A stretch of 64,000 bases of DNA from Sminthopsis crassicaudata (taxonomy: Eukaryota). Position numbers and translations under genes: made by a program. Numbering within the stretch: position 1 is the stretch's first letter; each line of letters begins with the position of its first letter. The notes beneath the pieces are model-generated. The model had not been told where the DNA came from and made no database searches. It saw only the letters and a list, made by a program, of their open reading frames with translations. The DNA lies in assembly GCF_048593235.1 (NCBI RefSeq), contig NC_133619.1, positions 324,454 to 388,453 of the forward strand, read 5' to 3'. Shown in pieces: positions 46,378 through 64,000 of this stretch.

Positions 46378-49300
46378 CTACTGACACTTGACAAACCCTT
46401 TCAGATCCTCCAGGAAGTTGATGTATTCCTGGTGTTCTAAAGCCGTGCTGAGCTCGATCAGTTCGTCCGCAAATGTATTGTCCACCCCTCGGTCAGCCAG
46501 GAAGTCCATCAAGTGGTCGTACAGGGCCTGGAAGGAGAGAACTGTTGGCCCGCGGCTCCTTCTGCAAGGGGTCACGGCCCGACTCTGCACACACTGAGCT
46601 TGGGACCTGGAGCAGAACCTCCCTGCCTTGGCCCATGTTCTCAGCCGGGGGGCTCAGATCTAAACAGAAAGATACCGGGGGACGTGACGCCAAGGGCTTT
46701 CCCAAGGAGGAGCCACCTACCCAGTCCAGGGAGTCCGTGTTCAGTGTGTAGTTTGTGTCCTTCCAGTCCGATTCGCTGGTGGGCTGAAAGCTAACCTCCC
46801 GGATGGAGAAAATGTCACTCTCCTCCTCCTCTTCCTGTCCGACCTAATGTGTGCAGAACAGAACGAGACCTGAGCCGTCAATTCACTGACCTCTGAGCCT
46901 CGCCTTCCCCACCATGACATGGGGCCAGTATCGCCAGCCGGCCCCTGGTGACTGCAGTGTTTCCCTCCCACCCTATAGCCCGCAGAGGTGCCCACGGCCA
47001 CTACCTCGTCCTCGGGATAGTGGCAGTCCAACACAAGCGCCTTCTGGGTATCGTTCTTCACAACTTCCACCACAAAGTTCGGGGTTGACGTAAGTTCAGG
47101 CTGCACCCAAAGAAAAGCCAGCCAGGGTTTTAGAGAGCAAGGTCCCGGCCCCTCCAAAGCATAACTTCCAATAGGGCTCCCCATCTCCTGCCCACACCGT
47201 GGATCCCTGGAAGTATGTTCCCCCGGACTGGGGCTCAGCCACCTCCAGGAAGCCCACCGATGTTTCAGAAGCTGGGGGCCTCTTTTCCCAACTAAGCTAC
47301 ATGGCTCCATTTTGGGGAGCTCTGCTCCCAGCCCACCTCTGCCCAGCGTGCGGCTCCCACGGCCCCTTAAGGCCTATGCCTGGAGCTCCAGGCAGAGCTC
47401 ACCTCTTGTTCTTCTTGGCCTTTCTGCCCCTCTGATGGTTCGTCATCAAATGTGGGTGGGATACTGTTGTTAATGTTGAAGGTGACTGTGATCCTGGAGC
47501 AGGAAAAGGAGAACAAGGGAGTGGGGGGGGGGGGGGGAAGGTGAGGTCAGAAGGGATGCGGCTGCATGAAGGACCTCTAGGGCCCCACTCCCACCCCCAG
47601 GGCTGTCGTGCTTCTAGGAGTTCCTCTTTGGCCACTTTTCTCCGTAACTCCCCTCAGAGACACCCCTAGAGAACCATCTGAGAAACAGCAAGGTCCCGGC
47701 CCAGCCCCTCCCTGGTCCCCAGCAGCCCGACTCACTTCTCGCCAGCTAATTTCCGGGTCAGCTTGGCTTCTGTGCCTTGCACAGCCAGTTCCCAATCCCC
47801 CGACATCTTGGGGAGGGATTTGTGCTTCTGGATCTTCCTCTCCTCTTTGATCTCATCCGTCAGGAATTCCGCAAAGGCCTTGTCCCCTGAAACACCAATA
47901 TGGGGGCACGCTCCTTTCAGAACTCTCATGGGCCTGGGGTGGGGGGGCGCCCCGCCAGCCTTGCCTAAAAACTCACCCGGGGGCCTGGGACCACCCTACA
48001 AAATTTTGCATCAGGGATGCCAGGTCCCCTCCCCCTCTAACACAGGGGGCTGGGTTCCCCCTTCACAGCAGCTGTGAAGATGAATCGGGACCTAAGGCAG
48101 CCAGGATCAAGTGGCAGACGAGGAGCAGAGGTCCCCAAAGACTCCTTCCTGACCCAAACACCCAAATCAGGGACAAGATGAAAAAGTCCCTGGGCTGGAG
48201 GGGCGTCCCATGAGATGGGGGCACCCAGAGGGACACAGGTGTGAGGCAGCTGTTATGGCGTGATGAGGGGGGGGACCCCCCAAGGCAGACAGTGAAAGGA
48301 ATTGTGGGAAATAGACTGAAATCAGTCCCTGTAAGGGCCCTTTAAATGGGCGGACACAGTGCATCGGGAGATTGAGTGGTCCAGAAGTAATTTCTGTGGA
48401 TATTAGGACTGCTTTGTAGGTGGGATCCTGTCCATGATGAGATAGCTTCGTAATGGGTGACTCTCTCGCTGATTGGCTGTGTGTGTGACCTCACAGGCCC
48501 TATGTAAGCCCACTGCAGGCAGCAAGCGCTCTCTTTAACCTGGCGTTCTTCACCTTGGCTCCCCAGCCTGGGTGGCCAAGCCAAGATGGGTAGCCAAAAG
48601 AGGTAAGGATTTTGGTAGTGAACACATGGGTCTTCTGACCAGGTGTTCACTCGGGAACCAACAAGTCAGGGCATCAGTCAGGGCATGATGTGAGTAGGTA
48701 TAATAAAGGCTTTTAAGATTACACGTGGCTGTTCTTGAGCGCACTACCGGTTATTAAGCTATAGATTCAAGAGATTGTGGCCAGAGACCTTAGAAGGCCT
48801 CGGAGGAGGCGAGCCGGGTAGAGTTCACACTGCAGAGGTCAGTAGTCAAAGGTGCTCTGGTGGGTCTAGGACAGACTAGTAATTGTAACTGCCAGGAGAG
48901 CACGCTACAAGTCCCTTTGTGCAATCTGGGTCCAGTGCAGATAGAGGGGAGCTGCAAAGACCCATATCGCAGGTCAAAAGGATTTCTCTCTCTGCACTAA
49001 TGCTGGGGGGGAGGGGGAGCAGCAGAGGACATAGCCAGTTTTTTTTTAACTGTTAACACTGAGGACCCGGACCAGGACCATTATTGGCTGTTTTGCCATG
49101 TGACCCATTTCCTTTGGGTCCCAGTCTGGGGAGGGAGGCTTTTATAAAGTCATCCACATCACAAGGGGGGAGGAGAGCAGCTGGCGGCCTCATTTAAGAG
49201 AGGGGGAAAGGCAGACTTTGGTTGGTCAGGGGGCTCAGCCCTAATGCACGGGTGCCCCCGGACAAAAGTCCCTCTGCACCTGGAGAGGGGCCCTTAAGGA

Positions 49301-50110
49301 ATAGGCTTCTTCCTCCCTCCCTCCCCTGTTCTTTACCCCATGGGGGGATCCGCCTTCCAGAAAGGTGCCCCTCGGTCTCTTGGGGGGGGCAGGGCAGGAG
49401 TCTTTACCATTTTTCTTATTCAGTGGGAATCCCTGACTTCTGCATGCTGAAGTTCTCTCTCTCACGCGCGCGCGCATGCACGCGCGCGGTCACAGTGTAA
49501 CAAAACAAACTGCGAACATAACAATGTATCGGGATGCGCAGGGGAAAGCGGCCCCCAGGAGGGGTTTCCCCAACGTTTCGCTGCCAGAGTCCATTTACGA
49601 AAGGGGCTCAGTCTCCTTTCTGTCGCCTTCGTGCCGCCCCCCAATCCCAAAGGCAGAAGGGGCCGCGAGGAAAGCCCCGGGGGCGGGCCGCTCCAGTGCT
49701 CTGGGTCCAAACACCCGAGGGAGCCAAGCCTCGGAAGCCGGCCGAGTGCGCCGTGGACCGACTGGGATGGGCGAGAAGCGGGGGAGGGGGTGGACTGCGG
49801 GAAGCGCCGAGAACCCCCGCGGAGCAGGAGCTGGAACTCGCAGGGGGCGGGGCCACGTGGCTCCCCCCGGGTTGCCTGCCCCCTCCGCCCCGGGCGCACG
49901 CTTACCTTCGGTGTGGAGCCCGCCGCACGTGCACGAGCACAGGCCGGGCGCGCGGCGCAGCGGCTGCAGGAGGCTGGGGCGCACGGGCCCCGGCTGGCCG
50001 TGGATTCCTCCCCCCAGGAGGCCTCCGAAGGCGCGGGTGGCGGCGGTCACGGCGGGGCGCAGGGCCCGAGCCGCGGGGCGCAGCAGCAGGGGAAGCAACA
50101 GCGGGGCCAT
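46378..50110 (-). CDS. C1QBP: C1q-binding protein p32/gC1qR (MAM33 family, mitochondrial matrix), 6 exons, 271 aa
   Basis: Exons (minus strand): 50110-49906, 47886-47736, 47493-47403, 47100-47005, 46843-46721, 46527-46378 (TAG); total 816 nt. An Arg/Leu/Ala-rich presequence ends ...CSCTCGGLHTEG, followed by DKAFAEFLTDEIKEERKIQK, PELTSTPNFVVEV and ALYDHLMDFLADRGVDNTFADEL. Confidence 0.98.
48330..48909 (+). mobile_element. Solo LTR (580 bp) of an endogenous retrovirus, antisense in C1QBP intron 1
   Basis: Begins TGTA and ends TACA. Perfect 6-bp TSD AGTCCC at 48324-48329 and 48910-48915. Contains an ATTGG (CCAAT) box near 48473, TATA-like ctatgtaag near 48501 and AATAAA at 48702-48707. Confidence 0.85.
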
Positions 50111-50440
50111 GACCGAGACACGCGGAGGGGGTGGGAGCGACGAAGAAGACCGGAAAGACAGCGGAGGGCGCGAGGCACTTTGGGAAATGTCCGGGCCGGA
50201 AGGGCACGAGGTCGCCCCGCCTCGGAACTTCCTGCGTCCCCTCGGAGGGTCAGAGCGTCCTGCGCTTGCGCGGAAGGGGCCCGCGCAATGATTGGACGTT
50301 ACCGATGAAGTCACTTCCGGCTCTAAAACGGGGATTGCCCGGAATTCCCCGGAGGGCGGAGGAGCGGAGCGGGGTTCCCGGGTCTTCCCGGCCCCGCGCA
50401 GCCACGCATGCGCAGAGCTGGTGTACTTCCCTCCTGCGCT
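50111..50440 (-). promoter_or_regulatory. C1QBP CpG-island promoter
   Basis: CpG-rich. ETS/GABP motif CCGGAAGTGA (plus 50311-50320), CCAAT (plus ATTGG 50291-50295) and NRF1-like CGCATGCGCA near 50405, the motif set typical of nuclear-encoded mitochondrial genes. Confidence 0.75.
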
Positions 50441-52712
50441 TCCCCCGCCCGTTTTCTGCTAGCGCTTCAGGGGTGCTTTTCTGCGAGCCTCCTCCGGAGG
50501 AGGCCGGCCCCGCTTCGGACGGTTTCCTTTCCGCGCCCGCCCGCCCGCCCTCCCTCGCCGGCTCTGCCCCTGAGAGCGAGCGCCCGGGTTACGTTGTTTC
50601 CCAGCTGCTCCGAGGTTACTTTGTATCCCAGCCTTTCCCGTGCCCGAGGCTACTTTGTGTCCCGCCCGAGGCTACTTTGTTTCCCGGCGGGCCGAGGCGG
50701 GACCCGCTCGCCCCGGTGCCCAGAGCAGCCTTAGGGGCCGCGGTTCGTCCTTTGGCTCTCAGCAAGGAAGGGAAGGGGGGAGGGAGAGGATTTGGATGTA
50801 AAAACAAAAGCTGCACGCGACTCCCGGCGAGCTCGCTGGGTAAAAGTAATAAAGCAGCAGAAATACCCGGGGACGTGTCCTCCCACGCACGCCGGGCAGC
50901 GCCGTGGCCCTCGTTACAGGTGAGGAAACTGAGGTAGCCGAGGGAATCCCGGGAGTGTCTGCGGCCCTCGCGCCCCGATTTCACCCCCCCCCCCATAGAT
51001 CCCACAGGCGCGGGGTGATTGGAACAAGATTAAGGACCAAGAAAGGCTTCCGAAGGCTTCTAGCTGGGACTCGAGGCAGGAGACGGGGCAGAGGAAGGGC
51101 TTCCCAGTGCCCAGGCCTGGGAGATGGAGCAGGGGCCCAGGGCAGGTGATGTAGGGCTCTGAGCCCCAAAGGGAGGCGCTTCCAGGGAGCCCCGGACTCT
51201 ACTAGAAGTGGGGGGGGCACAGTCAAACCCGCTGCGCTTTAGGAAAGCTGGCCGAGGGGAGGGTGGCCCCGAGGGACAGATGCCCTCCCCAAACTGGAAC
51301 TTCCTGCGGCAGGGCAGGGGGCCACGAGGGCCCGCACAACAAAGACCGGTTTCCTGGGGAGGTCATGACTGGAGAGTGCTCAGTGTGGGCCCCTGAGGAG
51401 GAGCTCTCGGGGACAGAAGGACAAGCGCCCGGAGGCTCTCGGGGCTGAGACAGATTCGTCCCATCGGCCACAAACCTTTGGAGTGGGGAGATTCAGAGGC
51501 AGAGGAGGAGGCGGGAGCTCAGGCTCTCAGAACCAAGGAGAGAGAGGCTCTAAGAAAGCTAGTGGGGCCCCAAGCGAAGGAAACAATGAAGGATCTGGAC
51601 TTTAACCCCCCGCTGCACTTGTGGTGATTACTGAACTGAACGAAGGCTGCTCCCAGAGGCCCCAAGAAAACCCCAACAGAGAACATTGCATTTTAGAGAG
51701 AACATTAACTGGACGTGTGGCTCGAGATGGCCCGGAGGAAGCTGGGATGTGAAGGTGGAGGGCGGCAGGGGCCGGGCCAGGCGAGGGGAGGTCAGCACAG
51801 AGACGCTCATTCGACGGATGGGGCAGCTGAGGGCAGACAGCGAGGACAGAGGGGACGGGGGCACCCAGGGTCAGCAGGCGCGGCCCGGAGGGAGCGGTGC
51901 CGGGAAAACCCGGCATCCAGACGGGACCGATGGAGCGAGCTCGAGGAGAGGACGCTGGGATTCACCTGGACTCTCGGTCACTTTGGAGACAGCGGTTTTG
52001 GGCGCCCCAGACTAGAAGCACTTTTGTGGGCACCTGTTCTCCAAGTTTAGCTACAACAGGCACACGACGGCTAGGGTGATGGTTAGCAGGGGCAGCAGGG
52101 ATGGAGCCGGAGAGGCTGAAGTCAGAGTGGGGATCACGAGGGAGACCCTCAGGATGGAGGGGGACTGGGCTAGGTCGGGGCCAGACCCGTTCACCACGGG
52201 GGAAGGGGAGGACGGGGCGGGGGATTGGGGGGGTAAGTGGAGAGGCACAGAACTGCCAAGCAGCGGGAGGGCCCGGGGAGGTTGCAGGGGCAGCAGGGGG
52301 GGCAGCGTCCAGCTGCACAGGTGGCGGGACCAAGGTGATGGGCGAGAGCAGCAGCTGCCAGGGACCACGGAGTCTGGGGAAGTCTGTGTGCAAGGGGCCG
52401 AGTGAGGCGGCGAATGCATCCCTGACTCTTGGGACACCCGAGCAAGAATGACCGCCGGCATCATCCGAAGTGTCAGACCGTGAGCCAGGAAGGCGGCTTT
52501 GACACCTGCCTCTGCCCCGGGAAAGTCTCATCTGCTCGGCCGGCCTCAGTTCCCACAGCACAGAAATGGGCACGACAGCCCTAGCCCAGGGATCCAAGGA
52601 TCAAAGGAGATGAGAAGGCAGGTGAGGTTCTCTGCCGACGCTGGAGCAATGCCCGCTGGACGAGCTCAGGCCAAACGGATCATCTCTTTCGTACAAATTT
52701 TACAAAAGTAAA

Positions 52713-52718
52713 TTTATT
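52713..52718 (-). terminator. DHX33 polyadenylation signal (AATAAA on minus)
   Basis: TTTATT on plus, ~100 nt downstream of the DHX33 stop, in an AT-rich patch. Confidence 0.75.
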
Positions 52719-52815
52719 GCGTTTTTAATTGAAAAACTGTATACGGATAAAAACTCAAGCCAAGCAAGACAGACTGCTGCCCACCAACCAGTGATGAGCC
52801 TGGCCCCTCACCCGC

Positions 52816-60201
<7,386 letters not shown>

Positions 60202-60480
60202 CGCTGGGGAGCAGCGCGCGGGGTGGTGACGCGCCTGCGCACGAGGGCTGGTTCCCGAAATGCTCCTGGGCAAGAGGACCCGGGGAGGCGGGGGCGGGGC
60301 GACGAGGTCTGGGGGGGGTGGCTGAGAGCGGAAAGAGGAGCGCGATGCTTGCCGGGATTTGTAGTCCTGGGATTTTCGCGCTGCTCTCCAGTCCTGAGAA
60401 CCTCGAATCACGGCCGGTGGGCGGGGCCATTGTCCAGCCTGGCAATCTGGCAGCCTCTTAAAAATCCAGCATCTCTTCAA
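60202..60480 (-). promoter_or_regulatory. DHX33 CpG-island promoter
   Basis: CpG-rich. ACTACAAATCCC (ACTAYRNNNCCC, ZNF143/THAP11-associated motif) on minus at 60354-60365; GC boxes (ggggcggggc) near 60290. Confidence 0.75.
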
Positions 60481-63400
60481 TTTTTAAATCTTTCCTCCAA
60501 TCCCCAGGACCTGCTAGGGAGCAGCACCACGTGGCGTCCGGAAAGGGTCTGCCCCAGGATTCCCCACGAGAAGCGCCTACTGTGTGCTAGGCCCTTTGCC
60601 GGGTCCCGTTTGAGCCGGGCCCCGCCTGCGGCCGCAGGAGGGGAGGGGAGGGGAGAGTCCAGCAGCGGCGCCCCCGGGAGCCGAGGGGCGGGGGTCGCCC
60701 CGCAGGATGAGCCGGGGAGGGCCAGGGAGCGGCACCACCGCAGGAGCCCCGCCATAGGGCAGTGAGAGCGAGGCTGGGGCCGGTGCCCCAGTGTGGGGGA
60801 GGAGCCCCGCCCGAGCGCCTTCTCCGCGGGAGACGCCCTCCAAGTGCCGGGGGGCTGGGAGAAGAGAAAGACAGCTGTGGGAGCAGGACGGGAGAGCGGC
60901 CCTCCGGCGGTGACGGGGATCCCCCTCCCCGCCCCCCCTCCCCCCCCCCCCCCCCCCTGCGGGGCCGGAGCGGCGGGGAGGGCCCCAGCGCTCTCTCCCC
61001 AGGCTACACGGCAGACTCCCGGAGGGCAGAGGGAGGCTTGGGGACGATCCATGAGCGCTCTAGGTCAAAAAATAAAAAGGACGAACCGGTCCAGAGACCG
61101 CGTGGACGGCCCGTGGTTTCTGCCCCCTGGCCCTCCTCCTGGCGGGACACCCTCTCCCCGGCCACACTTCGGCCGGATCTGAGATCTTGGGGTGTCTGGG
61201 AGCGTCCCCGCACTGGTCCCGGCGGGGCGGGGCACGTGGGCCACACCCGGACTTGTGGGCCGCGCCCAGGGCCCGAGCTCACTTAGGACAGTCCGCGGGA
61301 GACGATGGGCTCCAAACAAAGGCCTTTACTAAAACGACAGGGGGAGCGCTGGGTATCGGTGCCACAAGAGTCAGGCAGGAGGGGAGCCGGGCCGCGAGAC
61401 CGTGCTCCTGCCCGCGACCTCCCGAGAGCCTTTTCAGTCCCAGAGCCAGGACTGGGCGAGCCGTCCGTCTGAGATGACTGATGGCGGCGAGAAGCCAGAA
61501 ATCCAGCCCGGGCTCAAGTTCCCTGCAAGGGCCAGGGGAGGAGGCCCTGTGTCCAGCAATGGCCAGCCCTTCGCCCGGCCGCCGGAGACCCTGCAAAGCC
61601 GCTGCCGCCCGGGCCGTTTCCCCAGGTCAGCTCTCTGATGCTGTTTTTGCTCCAAGACTCGGGCTGGAGCTCAATAAATCCAAATGCAGTGGCTCCCTAG
61701 TGCCTGCAGGAGCACATACAAAATGGTCTTTCGTTTCCAGAGCCCTCCGTGACCACCCTGACCCTCCATCCCGCGCCCCCAGCCTCCGGCCATTCTCTGG
61801 CCACCCACCGGGCCCGGAGCCTCGGTCTCCTGGCTCCCCGGGAGCCCCGGCCAGAACCCCACTTCCACCTTTCGTTACTTCTTATTTATCCTGTCCATTC
61901 TCCCCCCTTGGACTGGGAGCTCCTGGAGGGCAGTGACTGTAGCCCCAGGGCCCGGCACTTACTGAGGGGCCAGATAAACCGAGGCACCCTCCCCTCATGC
62001 TTCCACAAGCCTTCCTCTGCTTCTCTCTGTCCGTGCTTCGCAGCCGCCTCTGCTCACCCAACTGCTTCCACTTTTACTTTCGTTGGGGGCCTCCCTTGGG
62101 CCCGGCCCCCGATTCCTGGCTCGTCTCCCTTGAGCACAGCTTTTTAATCTAAGCTAAGGATGTCTTCTCCCCGCCCCAGCAGCTCTCTGCCCCCATTTTA
62201 AATCCCCAACAGAATCTGCTTCCAACTGGGATATCAAATTTACCCGGGCTCAGACTTGGGCTATTTGCAAATGCAAGGTGGAGGCCCTCCGGCTTCTGGG
62301 AAATGAAGCCGGGACACTTGCTCTCCTGGCCCCTTCCCGCATCCCTGCGGGGCCCCAAGCAGGGGTCTCCTTGCCCAGCTTCTCCCTTTGCCATCTGCTC
62401 CGCTCACAGCCTTTGCAAAGAGAGGCATCCTTACCGGTCCGGTGCATCCCGTCCCTGGCCAGCGCCTCCGTGCTCGGACGCCATCTTTGACTTGCTGTTC
62501 ACCCCCATAGCCCTGGGAGAAGCTGTGGAGAGGTCAGAGAAGCGGGGCTGAACCGGCCGTCAGAGGCAGTGCCGGAGACCCGGGGCTGGTCCCCGGCCAG
62601 GACGGGGCCCAATAGGAGCGGGCAGTGAGACGAGGCAGAATATGGCGCAGCATTCCCAGGACTTGAACGGCGGGGGGGAGGAGCCAGTCGAGCCACGAGG
62701 CAAGACCCAGGTGTACCGGAGGGTGGAGGGAGGGAAGGGGAGGAAGCCAGTCTCACGGGGAAGGGATGACGGACAGAAGGGGAAGACCAGAAGGGAGGAG
62801 CTGGCCGGTGCCGAGAGGAAGGGGGCAGAGGCTCCTGCGGCCGACCTCCCTTTGTCGATACAGTGGGAGAAGAGGGGATTGAGGAGCGAATTCACGCTGG
62901 GCCAAACTGGCAAAAGTGCAAGTGAAGAGGCTGGGGAAGGTTTCGGTAGAGACCTGGGAGGGCATGGGATGAGGGCGCATTTCTACGGGCGTGGCCGCAC
63001 CCAGGACACAAATACAAGGACGAGCCCCCATAGTCAGAAATACCTAATGAGGAGAGAGGGCAGCTCCAACCCCAGGCCTGGTTCTACCCAAGGGCACTCG
63101 GGAGGCTGGCCAGCCTGGAAATAGCCAAGGAGGGAAAACCAGGCACATTTGGGGCAGGACCAGGGGATTTTGGCAGACAAACAGACCCAGAGAGGGGCAG
63201 GGGCCCTTGGTTGGCACTGGGTGTCAGGCTTGTGGCAGGCTGAGCTTCCCTAGGGCCTTCACCCAGGGCTCCATGCCAGCTCGGAGCTGATTCTCGGGTG
63301 CCCTGGCAGAGGAGAGAACGTCTCAGGCCACATGGGGAGGAGTAGGAGGGAGGCGTCTTGGGGCCATGCTTTTCACCAGGCTTCCGCTTGGCACCTTCCT

Positions 63401-64000
63401 CCAGCGCCTCCTTGGGACATGGACCCGGGCTCCAAGGGCCTGCCAGCAAGGATTCCTCCAGCAGCTTCCCCAGTGAGCGGACAAATCCCCGGAGGAACGG
63501 CCGCCCCACACCAGAAAGGGGGAGGCGGGAAAGAGCCGACACGGCAGGACCGACTGCAGCCACCGAGGGTGGCCAGCGACGGGGGCCGTGGCCGCTCCTG
63601 GGCCATCCGCTGGAGCAGGACACCCGGGACTCGGCGCGAAGGGCCACCTCCAGAGCCGGGAGCCCACGTCCCAGGAGGGCTGGTCCAGTGGCCGTGCCCA
63701 AGCCTCGGGCGGCCCTTCACACAGAAAAGATGCTCAGTGCATGCCCTTGGGCGCCAGAGGCAGGCCCGGGAGCACCGGGTCTCAGCTGCCAGGAGGTCTG
63801 TTCGTGCTTCCCCAAAATAAATCCTTCAGCTTCCTGCTGAAGGCCAGACCGTGAGAACAGCTGATGGGGGGCTGCTGAGCTGAATTGTGGCCCGGCTGGA
63901 TGGGGTGGGGGCTCCCCATGGAGCACTTCTGGAAAGACAAGAAGGCTCGGTCCCTGGCAATCCCCTTGCAATCCCCCTGGAAGCCCAGTGGGTCCGCCCG

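Noticed and set aside
60202-60480. N-terminal extension of DHX33 suggested by the ORF track
   Set aside because: The upstream in-frame start is TTG in promoter sequence. Homology begins at MPEE (60201).
63084-63701. 205-aa minus-strand ORF
   Set aside because: It has no recognisable family motif, and long ORFs arise by chance at this GC content. BLASTX would be needed to revive it.

Overview
Vertebrate genomic DNA, most likely from an Australian marsupial. This is inferred from WSINE1-like and MAR1-like SINEs and marsupial-type L1 remnants. The window holds the conserved gene block RABEP1 (+, exons 2-18; exon 1 lies upstream of the window), NUP88 (-, 17 exons), RPAIN (+, 7 exons), C1QBP (-, 6 exons) and DHX33 (-, 12 exons). 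All 59 coding exons were traced by hand with GT-AG boundaries, and most exon lengths equal the human orthologous lengths as I recall them. The locus is GC-rich and compacted, with many 70-120 bp introns, and has repeatedly undergone local tandem duplication. The most unusual observations are: (1) a ~45-aa Gly/Ser linker expansion inside the NUP88 N-terminal domain; (2) a NUP88 intron 9 minisatellite built from ten copies of the exon's own 5' splice site, any use of which creates an immediate stop; (3) a 3.5-kb G-quadruplex-prone VNTR next to the NUP88/RPAIN bidirectional promoter; (4) a 1-bp frameshift in NUP88 exon 12, probably a homopolymer sequencing error; (5) collinear L1 ORF2 remnants on both sides of RABEP1 exon 3; (6) an intact solo LTR with 6-bp TSD antisense in C1QBP intron 1; (7) overlapping RPAIN/C1QBP 3' ends. 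No prokaryote-type system, CRISPR array or RNA gene was found. No computation or database search was run, and human comparisons are from memory.
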